64,000 nucleotides of DNA from Bacteroidales bacterium (GTDB lineage Bacteria > Bacteroidota > Bacteroidia > Bacteroidales > F082): positions 12,397 to 76,396 of the forward strand of contig JAILBC010000132.1 in assembly GCA_024681295.1 (NCBI GenBank), given 5' to 3'. The notes beneath the pieces were generated by a model, which was not told the origin of the DNA, made no database searches, and was given only the letters and a program-made list of their open reading frames with translations. How positions within the stretch are numbered: position 1 is the first letter of the stretch; each line of letters starts with the position of its first letter. This document shows positions 1-8,099 of the stretch, piece by piece. The position numbers were made by a program, and so were the translations under genes.

Positions 1-449
1 ATTTCTTTTTCGATTTCACAGAGCCGTAAAGCGTGCTGGAGTTGGTGGACGTAGTGGCACATAAATGACACATGGGTGTTTTCTGCTCCATGATGAATTT
101 CAAGTTGGTTCTTTGGGTGGCCAAGAATGGGATCGTCCACCAAATTCCATAGTATTATCGGAGGATTGTCAAAGTTCCACAATTGCAAAAAGCGTCCCTT
201 TTTCGACACAAAGCCATTTTTTTCTAATATCTCAGCAGTCAACGGCACGGGGCTTATATCGAACCTTCTGGCTCCGATATACAACACCCTGCCGTTCTCG
301 TTCTCAAATTCCACATTGAACGATTTCGGCTCCATGGAGCCTTCCAATGGGTTGATTGAGGCAATTCTGACTACGGTGTCTATCAGTTGGCCGCAATTGT
401 ACTTTTTAAGATGTACGTAATCCCCGAGCATAAGTGATTTTGCTTCCAT
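1..449 (-). CDS. Hypothetical phage protein, C-terminus cut by window edge
   Basis: Hand-read minus-strand ORF with ATG at 449, open to position 1 (MEAKSLMLGDYVHLKKYN...HALRLCEIEKEI). It is absent from the ORF track because it runs off the window. Confidence 0.5.
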   Translation of the reverse strand, partial: MEAKSLMLGDYVHLKKYNCGQLIDTVVRIASINPLEGSMEPKSFNVEFENENGRVLYIGARRFDISPVPLTAEILEKNGFVSKKGRFLQLWNFDNPPIILWNLVDDPILGHPKNQLEIHHGAENTHVSFMCHYVHQLQHALRLCEIEKE

Positions 450-452
450 TTT

Positions 453-1067
453 TCACTTCACCTTGACGATTATGATTTTTGCATTCTTCTTTCCTCTGTA
501 ATTCGCTGGTGGCTCGTCGATAACAAATTCCGCATAATAACGACCATCAGGGCTTTCATAGGTTTTTACCCAGGCATCCTTAGCATCCTCTGTCATCTGT
601 TGTTCTTGCCAAAGCGCACCTAACTTCATATACTTCAGAACATCTTCTTTTGACACGCCTTTTGTGTCATAGTAGCCGTAACTGCATATCCTAGCAGCTG
701 CTTCTTCCAGTGAAGCGCTTTCTTTGACGATTTTTTCATCGTAATTCATTTCCCGTTTCTCTTTTCTTTTGAGTTTGTCAATAAGAAGGTCCGCAATGTA
801 AATACAAGTATCTACAACTTCATCAATACTTTTTAATTCAGTTCCGTGCGTAATGCTTGCCGCGATAAAAGCCTTCACCGCTTCTGCTCGGAAGGATTGC
901 CAGTCGAAGTCTTGTATTTCAATTAAACACTCAGCAGGGATTACTTCCTCTATTTCCATTTCACTATTGATATCGCGGCACTTAAAGCCTTTTATGTTCC
1001 CCGCTGGAGATACTACTATTTCTTCGCAATCAACAATCCTATCTGTACCTTTGATTCTTGCTTTCAT
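453..1067 (-). CDS. Hypothetical phage early-region protein
   Basis: 204-aa ORF, tightly packed and co-oriented with its neighbours (4-nt overlap with the upstream ORF). No motif recognised. Confidence 0.55.
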   Translation of the reverse strand: MKARIKGTDRIVDCEEIVVSPAGNIKGFKCRDINSEMEIEEVIPAECLIEIQDFDWQSFRAEAVKAFIAASITHGTELKSIDEVVDTCIYIADLLIDKLKRKEKREMNYDEKIVKESASLEEAAARICSYGYYDTKGVSKEDVLKYMKLGALWQEQQMTEDAKDAWVKTYESPDGRYYAEFVIDEPPANYRGKKNAKIIIVKVK

Positions 1068-1396
1068 TTTGTACTCCTTTCTATTATGGTAGAAGTGTCA
1101 TTTTCTTTTGGCGGGAAATACTTATTCTCCATGTATTGCTTGAATAGTTCGAACTTGACTTTTGGTATGTATAATTCATCGAAGACTTTTTCAGCCTTCT
1201 TCATGAATTCTTCAGTGGCTTGGTCGTAACCTTTGATGTATGCTGATTGCTCAAGTTGCGCTTTCGTTATAAGTTGGCCGCACACTTCTTCGTCTGTTAC
1301 CAAATCCATTACAGTAGGATAAGGATATGCTTCCTTTGCTTTTCGTTCTGCTATCTTGCTCATGTCAGTTCTCCTCCATGTTGTCATAGTTTTCAA
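1064..1396 (-). CDS. Hypothetical phage protein
   Basis: 110-aa ORF in the co-oriented operon. The start is uncertain (internal Met at MSKIAERK). Confidence 0.5.
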   Translation of the reverse strand: MKTMTTWRRTDMSKIAERKAKEAYPYPTVMDLVTDEEVCGQLITKAQLEQSAYIKGYDQATEEFMKKAEKVFDELYIPKVKFELFKQYMENKYFPPKENDTSTIIERSTK

Positions 1397-1449
1397 TCTC
1401 TTCCTGAAGAAGTTTTACAAATTTCTCAAATTGTTCATCCGACATTCAT

Positions 1450-1788
1450 CTACTTTTTGATTCGTTTCTTGACAGCCAATTGCGGGTTGCTCAACGCTAT
1501 ATCTTTTGCAAGGTTATCCCACGTATGAAAAGGCTCACTGTCGTAGTCACACGCAACGCCAGGACCTCTCATAAAACAACATCCATCCCATTTGTCATAG
1601 CCGAGAATCATTGCATCATGGTCGTATTTGTCGCCAAGCGACACTCTTTCGTGGTTGATAAAAGCGTGCAAAACATACCCATCTTTGCTTTTCGGTTTCA
1701 GTATGCGATACACGCTCGATGGGAGCGGAACATGTGTATATCGTTCCTTGCCATCAAATAACTCTTTGAAAATATCCTCGTTTTTCAT
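1450..1788 (-). CDS. Hypothetical phage protein
   Basis: 112-aa ORF, co-oriented, with a plausible globular composition. Confidence 0.5.
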   Translation of the reverse strand: MKNEDIFKELFDGKERYTHVPLPSSVYRILKPKSKDGYVLHAFINHERVSLGDKYDHDAMILGYDKWDGCCFMRGPGVACDYDSEPFHTWDNLAKDIALSNPQLAVKKRIKK

Positions 1789-1790
1789 TG

Positions 1791-2198
1791 TTATTCTGCT
1801 TTAATGTCATCCAATTCATTCATAAGAGTTGTAAGATGGTCTATTTCTTCTTTGATAGTATCAGTCTCTTTGCTCAATCTCAATTGCATCTTTTTACATA
1901 CAGCATTCAAAATCTCGTCTTGATGCTCGTTCAGGTATTCATCAAAACATTTCCAAAATATTTCATGAGTAGAAGACGGCAATTCTATTTGAGAATACGA
2001 ACTGCTATTGCCATAATATCCGTAATGAGTGTCGTAATAAATCGTGTGGCTACCGGACATTTTTCTTCTGCCATCAACATTGAAGCCAGTACCATACTTG
2101 TCAATGTCACCTTTCCTTTCGCGAATTGCCCCACCATTGCAGAATTTGTGAAGATCAACAATCGCTCTTTTCAATTCTTTAATTTCACCGATTTTCAT
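1791..2198 (-). CDS. Hypothetical phage protein
   Basis: 135-aa ORF, 2 nt from the downstream gene. The C-terminal part looks helical. Confidence 0.5.
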   Translation of the reverse strand: MKIGEIKELKRAIVDLHKFCNGGAIRERKGDIDKYGTGFNVDGRRKMSGSHTIYYDTHYGYYGNSSSYSQIELPSSTHEIFWKCFDEYLNEHQDEILNAVCKKMQLRLSKETDTIKEEIDHLTTLMNELDDIKAE

Positions 2199-2211
2199 GT
2201 TTCAATTCTCC

Positions 2212-2628
2212 TTATTTATCGAACCGTTCAACCCAATCGTTCCCCTTTAAGTCATAGGTGCCAATCCAATGGCAAACGATGGCGCAAGGCAGTTCGAAAT
2301 ACTTGTTGATAAAAGCCTTGTATTCTTCTTTGGCTTTCTCTCTGTCATGTACGCGCACAATTTCATCATCATCAATGTTGCATTCGCCATAGAATGAATC
2401 GTCCATGCTATCTGCAATTTCGTCCAATGATGGAGCGAAATCAAACGGTTCATAATACCTCGCTACTCCGATGTAGATAATGTTTTGGCTGTCTTCCTGG
2501 AAGTATTCGTTATCCAAGTTGTCCCATTGGCGTTTTGCGAAATAAAGCAAATCGTCGATGGAGTCGAACGTGTCGGCAAAACAACGCTCCTTGCAGAGTC
2601 CAAAGCCGTACTTGATTTCTTCTTTCAT
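2212..2628 (-). CDS. Hypothetical acidic phage protein
   Basis: 138-aa ORF rich in Asp/Glu. No recognised motif. Confidence 0.5.
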   Translation of the reverse strand: MKEEIKYGFGLCKERCFADTFDSIDDLLYFAKRQWDNLDNEYFQEDSQNIIYIGVARYYEPFDFAPSLDEIADSMDDSFYGECNIDDDEIVRVHDREKAKEEYKAFINKYFELPCAIVCHWIGTYDLKGNDWVERFDK

Positions 2629-2640
2629 GGTTATCTTTCT

Positions 2641-2889
2641 TTACTTGATGGTATCTCCAAGATGATACATCATATAATCAAACTCAGTAACATAAATCCA
2701 AATATAGTTTTGACCATATTTATTCTGTTGCTTTTGACTTTCCGTTAACTGCAATTGAAGTTGATAAACTCCAAGAAATTTGCTATTTCCAGTAACAACA
2801 GCTCCTCGATAATCTATGGGATTCTTTTCATTTTTAACGCATCCAGCCATCAAAATGACCATAAGCGCCAATAGAATTAGTTTTTTCAT
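2641..2889 (-). CDS. Small lipoprotein (signal peptide plus lipobox Cys)
   Basis: From the internal Met the sequence reads MKKLILLALMVILMAGC, a signal peptide ending in a lipobox-like MAGC. Starting at 2889 removes the overlap with the upstream gene, whose stop is at 2892. Confidence 0.55.
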   Translation of the reverse strand: MKKLILLALMVILMAGCVKNEKNPIDYRGAVVTGNSKFLGVYQLQLQLTESQKQQNKYGQNYIWIYVTEFDYMMYHLGDTIK

Positions 2890-2891
2890 AG

Positions 2892-3296
2892 TTATTTCTT
2901 TTTCCAATTACGTTTCATCCATTTTTCATTGTCTTTCTTCTTTCGTCTAATATCTGAAAGCCTGGCCTCTTCCTTGTCGGTAAAACTGTCAAGTTGGATC
3001 TTGGCGCGAAGCAATTCATTCATCTTTTCAAGATCATCCGATGTTGGCGTTTGCCCATAGTCGGAAATCAATTCAGCCAGCGTTTTCGCTGCAGATGTCA
3101 CATCTTTGAGTTTCTCGAGGTCAACAACCGCGATGCCCTCTTTGATGGACCCAATAATACTACTAACCTTTTCAACCGCTCCGGCAGGACATACAACTAC
3201 CAACACTTTACCTTTTCCGAATGTTTCTTCCAGATTGCATTTTTCAAAGGCTTCTTCCAGAAGGCTGAGTCCGATCGTGTTTATATTGGCCGTCAT
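2892..3296 (-). CDS. Hypothetical phage protein with basic C-terminal tail
   Basis: 134-aa ORF whose C-terminus reads RRKKKDNEKWMKRNWKKK. Confidence 0.5.
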   Translation of the reverse strand: MTANINTIGLSLLEEAFEKCNLEETFGKGKVLVVVCPAGAVEKVSSIIGSIKEGIAVVDLEKLKDVTSAAKTLAELISDYGQTPTSDDLEKMNELLRAKIQLDSFTDKEEARLSDIRRKKKDNEKWMKRNWKKK

Positions 3297-3311
3297 TTTA
3301 TCCGTCTCTTT

Positions 3312-4499
3312 TTACTCTGTTACTAATTCTTTTGCCTTGAAGTTGTAAATCGGTCTAATCACATTCTCTATGACAACCGTATCTTTGATACATTCCATGA
3401 TTTCCGATGCCTGTTTGTACACCATTGGAGCCTCGTCAATGGTTTCTTTGCATATAGATGTTGAATAGATGCCGTTCATCGACTCCTGGAAATCTGCCAT
3501 TGAGAGCGTTTCGATTGCTTTTTTGCGGGACATCAGACGACCGGCGCCATGGGGAGCGGAATACAACCAGTCAATATTCCCCTTTCCTCTACAAATCAGC
3601 GATCCATCGCGCATGTTCATGGGAATGATCAGCCTCTCGTTGTTCAAAGCGCTCACAGCTCCCTTTCGCAGGATGTTGTGTTGGATGTCGATGTAGTTGT
3701 GGATTGTTGACCATTGGAAGTGTACATCGAGATTGAGCGCCGTGCAGATGGAGTATGACATCTGGACTCTGTTCAAGTCGGCATATCGCTGGCATACACC
3801 CATGTCAAACAAATAGTTCTTCAAACCATCGCCTTCCAAATAAGCAAGATCGTTATCAACCTTGCCTCGTCTGCGTTTTTCCTCTTGAAGAACAGTCTGG
3901 ATTTCTCGCTGCCTACCCTCGGACTTCAACTGCTCGATCAACTGCTTTTCATTCAAAGTGTTTCCCTTGCAGTAGTTTATAGCAATGTTCTGATAGTATT
4001 TGCATACGCGGACGCCAAGATTACGGCTTCCGGAATGAATGACAAGGTATTTGTTCGACTCGTCATCAACAGCAACTTCGATAAAGTGGTTCCCGCCGCC
4101 AAGGGTTCCGATGGATCGTTCTGCAATGTCAACATCAACCACTTCTCTGCAGTGCATTTGCATCAGTGAATCACGCAAATTCACATGCTTTTCGTCGTGA
4201 ATATTGAATCCGGACGGGACTTTCTCATGTATCACATCGTCAAGTTTTTGCAGGTCTATGTCGGCCTTGCCAAGTTCAGTCACGAGCATTCCGCACCCGA
4301 TATCCACTCCAACCGTGTTCGGTACGATGCGGTCGCGTATTGCTATCACGGTTCCTATGGTGCATCCGGCGCCAGCGTGTACATCGGGCATGATGCGTAT
4401 TTCGCAATCTTTGTAGGCGTCGCTCTCAGATAGTTTGACAATCTGCTGCTTTGCGGTTTCCTCCACTGTTTTTGCGTAGATTTTTACATTGTCTTTCAT
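3312..4499 (-). CDS. rtcB: RtcB-family RNA 3'-phosphate/2',3'-cyclic phosphate to 5'-OH ligase
   Basis: Motifs IRIMPDVHAGAGCTIG, GGGNHFIE, HSGSRNLG, PMNMRDG and SAPHGAGR (His nucleophile). The start is set at Met36 (MKDNVKIYA, ATG at 4499), which removes a 100-nt overlap with the upstream ORF. Confidence 0.9.
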   Translation of the reverse strand: MKDNVKIYAKTVEETAKQQIVKLSESDAYKDCEIRIMPDVHAGAGCTIGTVIAIRDRIVPNTVGVDIGCGMLVTELGKADIDLQKLDDVIHEKVPSGFNIHDEKHVNLRDSLMQMHCREVVDVDIAERSIGTLGGGNHFIEVAVDDESNKYLVIHSGSRNLGVRVCKYYQNIAINYCKGNTLNEKQLIEQLKSEGRQREIQTVLQEEKRRRGKVDNDLAYLEGDGLKNYLFDMGVCQRYADLNRVQMSYSICTALNLDVHFQWSTIHNYIDIQHNILRKGAVSALNNERLIIPMNMRDGSLICRGKGNIDWLYSAPHGAGRLMSRKKAIETLSMADFQESMNGIYSTSICKETIDEAPMVYKQASEIMECIKDTVVIENVIRPIYNFKAKELVTE

Positions 4500-4504
4500 G
4501 GCTG

Positions 4505-4840
4505 CTATTTTGTTCCAGTAAATTCCTTGTTTTTCATGTTGCACTTGTTCCAGATATCGTCTGGGACAACAATCGAGTTTCCGCTGAGCAGAATTCTTCG
4601 ACAAGCCTCACGTTCGCAATAGTATTCCACTGCTTTCTTGTTGGTTGAGTTGCTTTTTAGGTTGTAGATGAACAACGCGGAATCAACAATGGATTTGATA
4701 GATACCTTCTTGTTGATCTCGTTTCCTTTGCCATCCCATGTCCCCTTGCAAAGAAGGTATTCCGTCAAGACATCATCGAGCGATATTTCCCGATAGTCTT
4801 TAATCTTCGGATCGGCGAAGAACATGCTTTCCTTGATCAT
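4505..4840 (-). CDS. Hypothetical protein upstream of rtcB
   Basis: The ORF is trimmed to the internal Met (MIKESMFFADPK). Its stop at 4505 lies 5 nt before the rtcB ATG. No motif recognised. Confidence 0.45.
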   Translation of the reverse strand: MIKESMFFADPKIKDYREISLDDVLTEYLLCKGTWDGKGNEINKKVSIKSIVDSALFIYNLKSNSTNKKAVEYYCEREACRRILLSGNSIVVPDDIWNKCNMKNKEFTGTK

Positions 4841-4860
4841 GATTATATCTATTTTGTGAT

Positions 4861-5157
4861 TTAGTCGATGTATTCGTAATGCACGATGTAATCGAATGTG
4901 CCATCGTGATTGTCTCGAAGTTGAAACCATCCTCCACAAACAATATCCATCATTTCATCGAAGCTGATTCCTTTCCTGCGGTATTTCTCGAAGTAAACGT
5001 CATGCTCATTTCTTGCATGTTTCAGATTTGTCAAACAATACGTGAGCAGTTGTTGTTCGTCAGGTTCATCTACCACAAAATGCCAATGATAGATGTGGTC
5101 GGCGTAGGGCTTTTTCTGGACCCCGTTGTCAAGCATTTTGATGTCTAAGATTTTCAT
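4861..5157 (-). CDS. Hypothetical phage protein
   Basis: 98-aa ORF, co-oriented. Confidence 0.5.
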   Translation of the reverse strand: MKILDIKMLDNGVQKKPYADHIYHWHFVVDEPDEQQLLTYCLTNLKHARNEHDVYFEKYRRKGISFDEMMDIVCGGWFQLRDNHDGTFDYIVHYEYID

Positions 5158-5168
5158 ATCTTAAAGTT

Positions 5169-5924
5169 TTACTTCTCTTGCGATTTATTGAATAGTGATT
5201 TGTTTTCTGGCAACTGGCCCCAATAGTGCTTATTGATGATCGGCTGGCATATTTCGAGCACCTTAATCACTTTGTCGAGGTCAAACCAATCGTCTGTCCT
5301 AACTCCGGATTCCATGTCAATCCAGAAGTCGCCAGGAATATTTTCAAACAGGTATTCGAGTTTGTCGGCTACGTTATCTGGATTGATCCCTCCCGCATAG
5401 CCAACCTTTACATTCGTTTTCAGTATCTCAATAGGCGTATCTATTCCACGGCCACCGCTGGCATCAAGAAGCATCGAATACCCATACCGATCAAGGAATC
5501 CATATCTTTTGAGCGTATTGATAAATACATCTATTTCTTTCGAATTACGCTGTTGTATGATAAGTTCCTGCTTTGGGAACATTTTATGTGCTACTCTTTC
5601 GGGATTATCTTTTCTGCTGGATATATTCAACTGGACTCTATTGAACATACCAAGGGATCCATGAACGAGTTTGTTAATTTCATACCATCTTCCAATTGCT
5701 GCGTCATGAGCAGCTTTACCGCATAGATGTAATGAAAGATGCAAATTGTTGTCTTTTAATTTGTCTTTTATCCACATCGAGGGGTATCTATTCCCGTTTT
5801 CAAACCACTTATAACTCGTTAGCACGCCAAATTCGGCGATTGGGTAGGCTTGCTGGATTTCACGCAGACGGTCAATATCAGTCCTTTCGTCAATTCCGGT
5901 GAATGTAATGTGTTTAAGTCTCAT
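5169..5924 (-). CDS. TIM-barrel protein resembling phosphoribosylanthranilate isomerase (TrpF-like)
   Basis: LLDASGGRG, GYAGGINPDNV and IDMESGVRT parallel the TrpF C-terminal phosphate-binding motifs (LLDS..GGTG, LAGGL.PENV, VDVSSGVE). This similarity is recalled, not searched. Confidence 0.55.
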   Translation of the reverse strand: MRLKHITFTGIDERTDIDRLREIQQAYPIAEFGVLTSYKWFENGNRYPSMWIKDKLKDNNLHLSLHLCGKAAHDAAIGRWYEINKLVHGSLGMFNRVQLNISSRKDNPERVAHKMFPKQELIIQQRNSKEIDVFINTLKRYGFLDRYGYSMLLDASGGRGIDTPIEILKTNVKVGYAGGINPDNVADKLEYLFENIPGDFWIDMESGVRTDDWFDLDKVIKVLEICQPIINKHYWGQLPENKSLFNKSQEK

Positions 5925-5932
5925 GGTTTAAT

Positions 5933-6145
5933 TTAATTGAAATTCAGTTTGAGTTGAATAGATGGCTTGAACACCAGTTTTGGTTGGTTGTTCTCGCGTT
6001 GCTGCCATGTACCGCATGTTTCTCCTGGTCTGACCGTTATGTCAACTTTCCCAAATTGCGCTAGAAATTCTTTGTTCCAGCAAAGCACGTCGGCACAGTA
6101 TGGGCTGTTGTATGCGTTCAGGCAGTTTTCGCAAAATTGGTCCAT
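5933..6145 (-). CDS. Small Cys-rich protein
   Basis: From the internal Met the sequence reads MDQFCENCLNAYNSPYCADVLCWNKE...ETCGTW, a possible Zn-binding pattern. This start abuts the upstream stop at 6147. Confidence 0.4.
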   Translation of the reverse strand: MDQFCENCLNAYNSPYCADVLCWNKEFLAQFGKVDITVRPGETCGTWQQRENNQPKLVFKPSIQLKLNFN

Positions 6146-6146
6146 G

Positions 6147-6353
6147 TCACTGCTTTTTATGGATGCTCTTTTTGATTTCTCTTGCAATGGCGCAGGCGAA
6201 TACAAACGGCATTACGACGGGCCAGAATAACAAGACCAGTCCGAGGCCCATTATTTCACCTTTCGTAGCATCTTCGTCCATGACATATACCAAGAGCGAA
6301 ATCCAAATGAAGATATACGCTATCGCGATTGCCACAATCAACTTCCAGTTCAT
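6147..6353 (-). CDS. Small integral membrane protein
   Basis: MNWKLIVAIAIAYIFIWISLLVYV...LGLVLLFWPVVMPFVFACAIA contains two hydrophobic helices. Its ATG overlaps the upstream TGA (ATGA). Confidence 0.45.
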   Translation of the reverse strand: MNWKLIVAIAIAYIFIWISLLVYVMDEDATKGEIMGLGLVLLFWPVVMPFVFACAIAREIKKSIHKKQ

Positions 6354-6493
6354 TTCAACACCTCCCATAGCAACAGTGATACAACTCCAATCAATAGAAT
6401 GATACCAGCCAGGCAACCGCCGTGGCGGGGATCGAATTCTGGGTAGTCGTGTTGGTACATTTCATCGTACCAGTTTTCATCAAAGTTTTCCAT
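6350..6493 (-). CDS. Possible 47-aa tail-anchored membrane peptide
   Basis: Hand-read ORF MENFDENWYDEMYQHDYPEFDPRHGGCLAGIILLIGVVSLLLWEVLK, below the ORF-track size cutoff. It is translationally coupled to the next gene by an ATGA overlap. Confidence 0.3.
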   Translation of the reverse strand: MENFDENWYDEMYQHDYPEFDPRHGGCLAGIILLIGVVSLLLWEVLK

Positions 6494-6497
6494 TTAG

Positions 6498-7373
6498 TTA
6501 ATTTTTAAAGATTTCATCTTCGAATTTGATATAGTCGAAATCCGGGTCGTATTTCTTGATTTCACTGGCCAAGGCACGGCGAATGCGGCTATGCTCGTTC
6601 AGTTCGCGGTATCTTCTTCCTTCAAGCTCACTAAGGTTATGCTGTGACTCGTGGTAGAGTTCGCTCATGGCCTTATATTGTTTTTGGAGGTCGAAGTATG
6701 CGCCTTCCTGTCCCTTTGCCTTGATCTCCATTTCGAGTTTCAACTCCAGTTGGCGCTCGCGCTCAAAGGCGTTGTTGGCGCGTTGGCGCCAGCCGCACAT
6801 GTTGTAGTAGAATTTCTCACCAAGGCCGAGGCGGTCATCGGAGTATTTCTCCTTGTGCAGCAACGGCGCTTTCTTGACGGTTTCAAGGCCGCTGTCGCTG
6901 ACATAGACCAGGCCGGCGTACCGAGGAATGTCATCGACGGAAACCAAGCCCTCTGGAACGGCGTAATAGAAATAGTTCGGCATCTTGTGGTTGGCGACGA
7001 AATACCTCTTGTTGTACGTCTCGCAGTATTTCTCCCATGCCTCAAGGGTGGCAAACCGTTTCTTGTTGCACTCGTAGTACTCCCAGAACTCGGGCATGTG
7101 CTTCTCTCCGGTGAACGGCGAATCCAGGAGGAAGTGTTTCTTAGGCTTGTGCTTGAAGTCGTTCTTGAAGTCCTGGCGGCTGATCTTGATCTCGAACTCG
7201 TAGATGTAGCCGGACCGGGTTTCAAGCAGCTTGTCGCTTTCCCACCCGAACACATACAGGCCGTCAATGTCGTACTTGATGGTGCAGTATGCGAGGAAGC
7301 CGGACAGCCTCTTCTGCATGTAAGCCTCGTCGTATTTCTTGATGTCTGCTATCATTTTCTTTCTAAATCCCAT
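6498..7373 (-). CDS. PD-(D/E)xK-type nuclease-like protein (MmcB-like) with coiled-coil C-terminus
   Basis: YIYEFEIKISRQDFKNDFKHK resembles the E-x-K core of MmcB-family proteins. The last ~100 aa are rich in charged heptads. Confidence 0.5.
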   Translation of the reverse strand: MGFRKKMIADIKKYDEAYMQKRLSGFLAYCTIKYDIDGLYVFGWESDKLLETRSGYIYEFEIKISRQDFKNDFKHKPKKHFLLDSPFTGEKHMPEFWEYYECNKKRFATLEAWEKYCETYNKRYFVANHKMPNYFYYAVPEGLVSVDDIPRYAGLVYVSDSGLETVKKAPLLHKEKYSDDRLGLGEKFYYNMCGWRQRANNAFERERQLELKLEMEIKAKGQEGAYFDLQKQYKAMSELYHESQHNLSELEGRRYRELNEHSRIRRALASEIKKYDPDFDYIKFEDEIFKN

Positions 7374-7620
7374 GTTTCTGTTTGTGTGCGGCTATCATCC
7401 GCTCCCATTTCTCTTCGTACATCTTGGTTATCCATCCGAGGTATGGGTCGAGTTTGAACTCCAGTATGACCTTTCCGTTCTGTTTCCCCACCGTTCCCGT
7501 CTGCCTGGCACGTGACTCGATGTACCTGTCAATTACGCCGTTGAGATAGTACTCCTCGCACCTGATTTCGTCAAGCAGCTTCTTTCTGTCGATTTCCTCT
7601 GCGGTTGGCTTGCGGCTCAT
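7363..7620 (-). CDS. Hypothetical phage protein
   Basis: 85-aa ORF overlapping the downstream gene by 11 nt. Confidence 0.45.
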   Translation of the reverse strand: MSRKPTAEEIDRKKLLDEIRCEEYYLNGVIDRYIESRARQTGTVGKQNGKVILEFKLDPYLGWITKMYEEKWERMIAAHKQKHGI

Positions 7621-7623
7621 GGA

Positions 7624-7875
7624 TTACATCTTCAGTCCTTGTGCCGTGGGGTCGATGACATCGCCGGTTCCGGGGTCTTTGCTATGCGGGTATGGATCCT
7701 CTTCATTGAGGCGTTTCAGGTCCATGCCGAGCCACATAACGGCCTCTTGGAGCCTTGTGACGGCTAAGCTCGTTTCCCTGCATGATGGCAGTTGCTTGAC
7801 TTCTTGGATTTTACCGTCAAGGTCTTTTCTGAGTTGCTTGATGGCAACGATTTCTTCTGTTCTATTCATAATCAA
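7624..7875 (-). CDS. Small helical phage protein (possible nucleotide-sponge-like hairpin fold)
   Basis: 83 aa. The motif SLAVTRLQEAVMWLGMDLKRL is followed by PYPHSKDP. See findings; the assignment is tentative. Confidence 0.5.
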   Translation of the reverse strand: MIMNRTEEIVAIKQLRKDLDGKIQEVKQLPSCRETSLAVTRLQEAVMWLGMDLKRLNEEDPYPHSKDPGTGDVIDPTAQGLKM

Positions 7876-8099
7876 TTATCTCCAAATCTATATGAAACAA
7901 ATGCAAAGTCTTTATATGGGACAAAGCCCAATCTTTCAAGATTCGCCAAATCCTCAGGCGTAACATCTTCCGGTTTTACACAATTTACATAAAGCTCGTC
8001 GTGCTCACATTTAGTAGGGTATTTTGAGTCGGAGTATTTTGAAAAAATCCGTAATGCTTCAATTAAGTCTTCCATGCCTATTTTTTTGTTTGATATCAA
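7872..8099 (-). CDS. Hypothetical phage protein
   Basis: 75-aa ORF with 4-nt overlaps on both sides. Confidence 0.45.
   Translation of the reverse strand: MISNKKIGMEDLIEALRIFSKYSDSKYPTKCEHDELYVNCVKPEDVTPEDLANLERLGFVPYKDFAFVSYRFGDN

Noticed and set aside
65-420. Plus-strand ORFs 65..319 and 127..420 from the track.
   Set aside because: A minus-strand ORF starting at 449 stays open to the window edge and fits the co-oriented, tightly packed operon. The plus-strand translations look non-protein-like.
3312-4939. An apparent 100-nt overlap between rtcB (to 4604) and ORF 4505..4939.
   Set aside because: Internal starts resolve it. RtcB homologues begin near MK..IK.. (Met36, ATG 4499), and the upstream ORF is better started at Met34 (4840). 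The extended N-termini are Arg-rich read-through.
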